Shown here: piece by piece, positions 61,710-64,000 of the stretch | Layout: the number at the start of each line of letters is the position of its first letter | Numbering within the stretch: the first letter of the stretch is position 1 | Source: Amoebophrya sp. A120 | Lineage: Eukaryota; Protista; Dinoflagellata | Direction of reading: 5' to 3' | Assembly: GCA_905178155.1 (NCBI GenBank) | Contig: CAJINV010000002.1 | Coordinates: 208,354 to 272,353, forward strand | DNA length: 64,000 nucleotides | Position numbers and translations under genes: made by a program | Notes under the pieces: model-generated | Told to the model about the DNA's origin: nothing | Seen by the model: the letters and a program-made list of their open reading frames with translations, nothing else | Database searches by the model: none

Positions 61710-62995
61710 CTACGGCACGGCGCGCAGTGCGTTTTTCCAGGCCTTTTTCGTCCTGGCGACGTGCAACATGAACTGCGCCGCACGACCTCCGTCGAAAGCG
61801 TTGGCGCGTATGATTTCCTTCGCCGTGTCCAGTGCGGCCAGGTACCGCTCCTGGCTCGCCTGCCCCTGCCCCACCATGGTTTCGATTCCGCCCGCAATCG
61901 AGGTCGCCTGCAGTGCGTCCGGCCCCGGGTCCGGCTCGGTCTCACGGGGGTCGACGCGACCGATCCCCACATAAACGCCGACGTTAGCGCGGCTGATGGC
62001 CACTGCATTCGTACGCTGTTCGGGCTGGAAGGGAAGTGCGACCACCGGCACCCGGGCCTGCATCGCTTCGCCCAGGCTCGAAACGCCACAGGAGGAAGCG
62101 AAGACCAGGCGGCGTTGGGCACCAAAGTAGCAGAGCAAAGCGGTCTGGTCGATGCTGTTGCGCTCGAGTCGGATGAAGGGCGGCAAAGCCGATGCGGGTA
62201 CAACATCTTTCTTTAAGCTCAGGCGGAGTACCACGTAGTACTTGGCAGGGCCGAGGTGCGAAAGGTCGGCCACGATGTTGTCAAACACCTGTTTTTCCAC
62301 GTGGTAAAGCGTCCCGAGCGACAAATACACGATCTGCCGGCCCCCCGCCGCGGCTTCCAAGGATTGCAGAAAAAGCTGCGTCGTGTTGTCGGGGCTGGTA
62401 TAGGAAGTTATCTTGGTTCTGTCCGTAGGGCAAAAGCCGGTTTCCTCCTGTCCGGAAACCATCAACGCGGCAACGGGGGCTTCATTCGAAAAAACGCCTT
62501 CATCCTTAGCTAGAAAGGGAGCTGCAGGCGGGGATCTAGTGTTTCCGCTCGCGCCGCGGATGGGAAACACGCGACCCACGAAAATTTCTGCACCCTGGAG
62601 GTGTTCCTGTGAAGAAGAAGATGCTGAGGATATCATTTGTAAAAACGTCCCCAACCCAGAGTTGCAATGCAAATCTGCATGCTGAAAATGTTTCTCATGC
62701 GGAGACCCATCAGAAGCAATGTCTGATCGTGTTTCGGAATGTTCATGCTCCAATCAGCATGACGTGCGAGCTCTGTGATGCTGCTCTGCTAGCTAAACAG
62801 GATTACGCTACTAGAGCACGCCTGTCATGCGAAAGCACCAAAGCTGGCTGATTTGTCTAGCAGATTTCCCATCTTGACTCTGGTGTGGAAAGTTTTTACT
62901 CAGCATAGGGGACCGTCCTGCAGCCGTGGAGCAAGTAGCGGCAGAAGTGGTCTGAAGCCCCGGATCTTCGGTAGTTCCTGAGCTGTAGAGCTCCG
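61710..62995 (-). CDS. Gene 6: UDP-glycosyltransferase (GT1) 3' part; 5' end beyond the window
   Basis: IVYLSLGTL and DQTALL...FASSCGVSSLGEAMQARVPVVALPFQPEQRTNA (UGT signature region); exons join across introner 62631. Confidence 0.85.
62631..62907. mobile_element. Introner family A
   Basis: Imperfect TIR, TSD GAGGA/GGGGA. Confidence 0.87.
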
Positions 62996-63217
62996 TATGC
63001 ATTGCAAATATGTCTGGGTCTGGAACGCTGGAACTTGTCATGCTATTTCTGGATAGTGCAAAAATCTGTGTTGCATGAGGACCAAAAGCTGTCCGCTTTT
63101 GACCAAATTGAGAGGCAGGTTCTCATGCAGGTGAGGCATGATAGAGGTCGCGCACAGTCTGTCATGCCAGGCCATGCATGACAGACCTCATGCGTCATGG
63201 AAAATCTGCACGACAAA
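62996..63217. mobile_element. Introner family B, broken by a further insertion; right TIR not in window
   Basis: Left TIR TATGCATTGCAAATATGTCTGGGTCTGG; family B interior stops at ~63217. Confidence 0.8.
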
Positions 63218-63280
63218 CAAGGCCCACCCGAGCGTGGGGCCAGGGTCCCCACGCTGGGGCCTTGTGCTCGTCCCTAGTGG

Positions 63281-63464
63281 CGCTAGTGGGGGAAGGGTGT
63301 TCGGCATCGGGGCGGACAGCGTCCGCCCCTCGCCTCACACCAGGCGCGCGCGTAGTGGCTTAGTGCGCGAAACGCTAGTGGGGGAAGGGTGTTCGGCATC
63401 GGGGCGGACAGCGTCCGCCCCTCGCCTCACACCAGGCGCGCGCGTAGTGGCTTAGTGCGCGAAG
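63281..63464. repeat. Two tandem 92-bp GC-rich units, each with hairpin GGGGCGGAC-agc-GTCCGCCCC
   Basis: Units start at 63281 and 63373. Confidence 0.9.
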
Positions 63465-63885
63465 CGCTACTGGAAAAAGGGCGAACTAGGCGCACTGCAT
63501 TTTGCAAGAAAAAACAGAAATAGAAGCAAAGTGAGTATCTCTGTGTGGCTGCTGCAAAAAAGTTCTCTAGTGTTGAAGCGCAACGCCTTTCCGATTCCAC
63601 AGAGCAAAGTAAGCAGCTGTCGCCTGGCCGTGCATTGCAGTGATAGCCGCTTTTTTATTTTTGCATCGCAACGCAAAGACTTCTTTGTTTATGGAGGCAG
63701 TTTATGTTACGGCTTTAATCATTTTCATTTTTGATTTTGTTCGCGTCGCATTTTTTTGTTTGGGCGCTCTTACTTTATTTTTCACGTCAAGAGCGGAGGT
63801 TGGCTTGAAAAATAAATATTTGCGCCCAGGCCCTGGTCTCGCCTTTGCTTTATCCTCTCGCTTCGCCTGTCGCGGCCACCTCTCC

Positions 63886-64000
63886 AGGTCACCTGTCGAA
63901 GTCACCTGTCAAGGTCACCTGTCAAGGTCACCTGTCAGCGTCACCTGTCAAGGTCACCTGTCGAGGTCAGCTGTCAAGGTCACCTGTCAAGGTCACCTGT
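63886..64000. repeat. 13-bp tandem repeat (AGGTCACCTGTCA)n running off the window
   Basis: About 9 copies seen directly. Confidence 0.92.

Noticed and set aside
480-62907. Recurring repeats read as a CRISPR array
   Set aside because: They are inverted-repeat elements with TSDs separated by variable coding exons; no cas genes and a eukaryotic context.
3272-63252. Recurrent short ORF peptides such as QKYRTRINA, FQTQTFLHLI and AKVSYSY
   Set aside because: They are translations of introner TIRs, not a protein family.

Overview
Eukaryotic gene-dense window in which every recognisable gene lies on the minus strand. The genes are interrupted by about 67 short (mostly 117-323 bp) MITE-like elements from at least 9 families. 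These begin TAT, end ATA, carry terminal inverted repeats and sit between 5-bp target-site duplications (TSDs). Removing each element plus 5 nt rejoined the flanking ORF pieces in frame at every junction I translated by hand, usually with no GT-AG possible, so they behave as non-canonical introns (introners). This matches what I recall being reported for the parasitic dinoflagellate Amoebophrya; the organism is an inference. After this splicing the window resolves into a >3,600-aa low-complexity protein, a second low-complexity protein, a helical-repeat/RAP-domain protein, an interrupted unknown gene, an OTU deubiquitinase and a UDP-glycosyltransferase 3' part. It also holds a Ty1/copia relic, a ~2.8-kb tandem duplication and three insertions nested inside introners. 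The most interesting signals are orientation-independent intron behaviour, a helically phased TTGTNATGC motif shared by unrelated families, and introners sheltering other transposons. No transposase was recognised. Coordinates were counted by hand and may be off by 1-2 nt.
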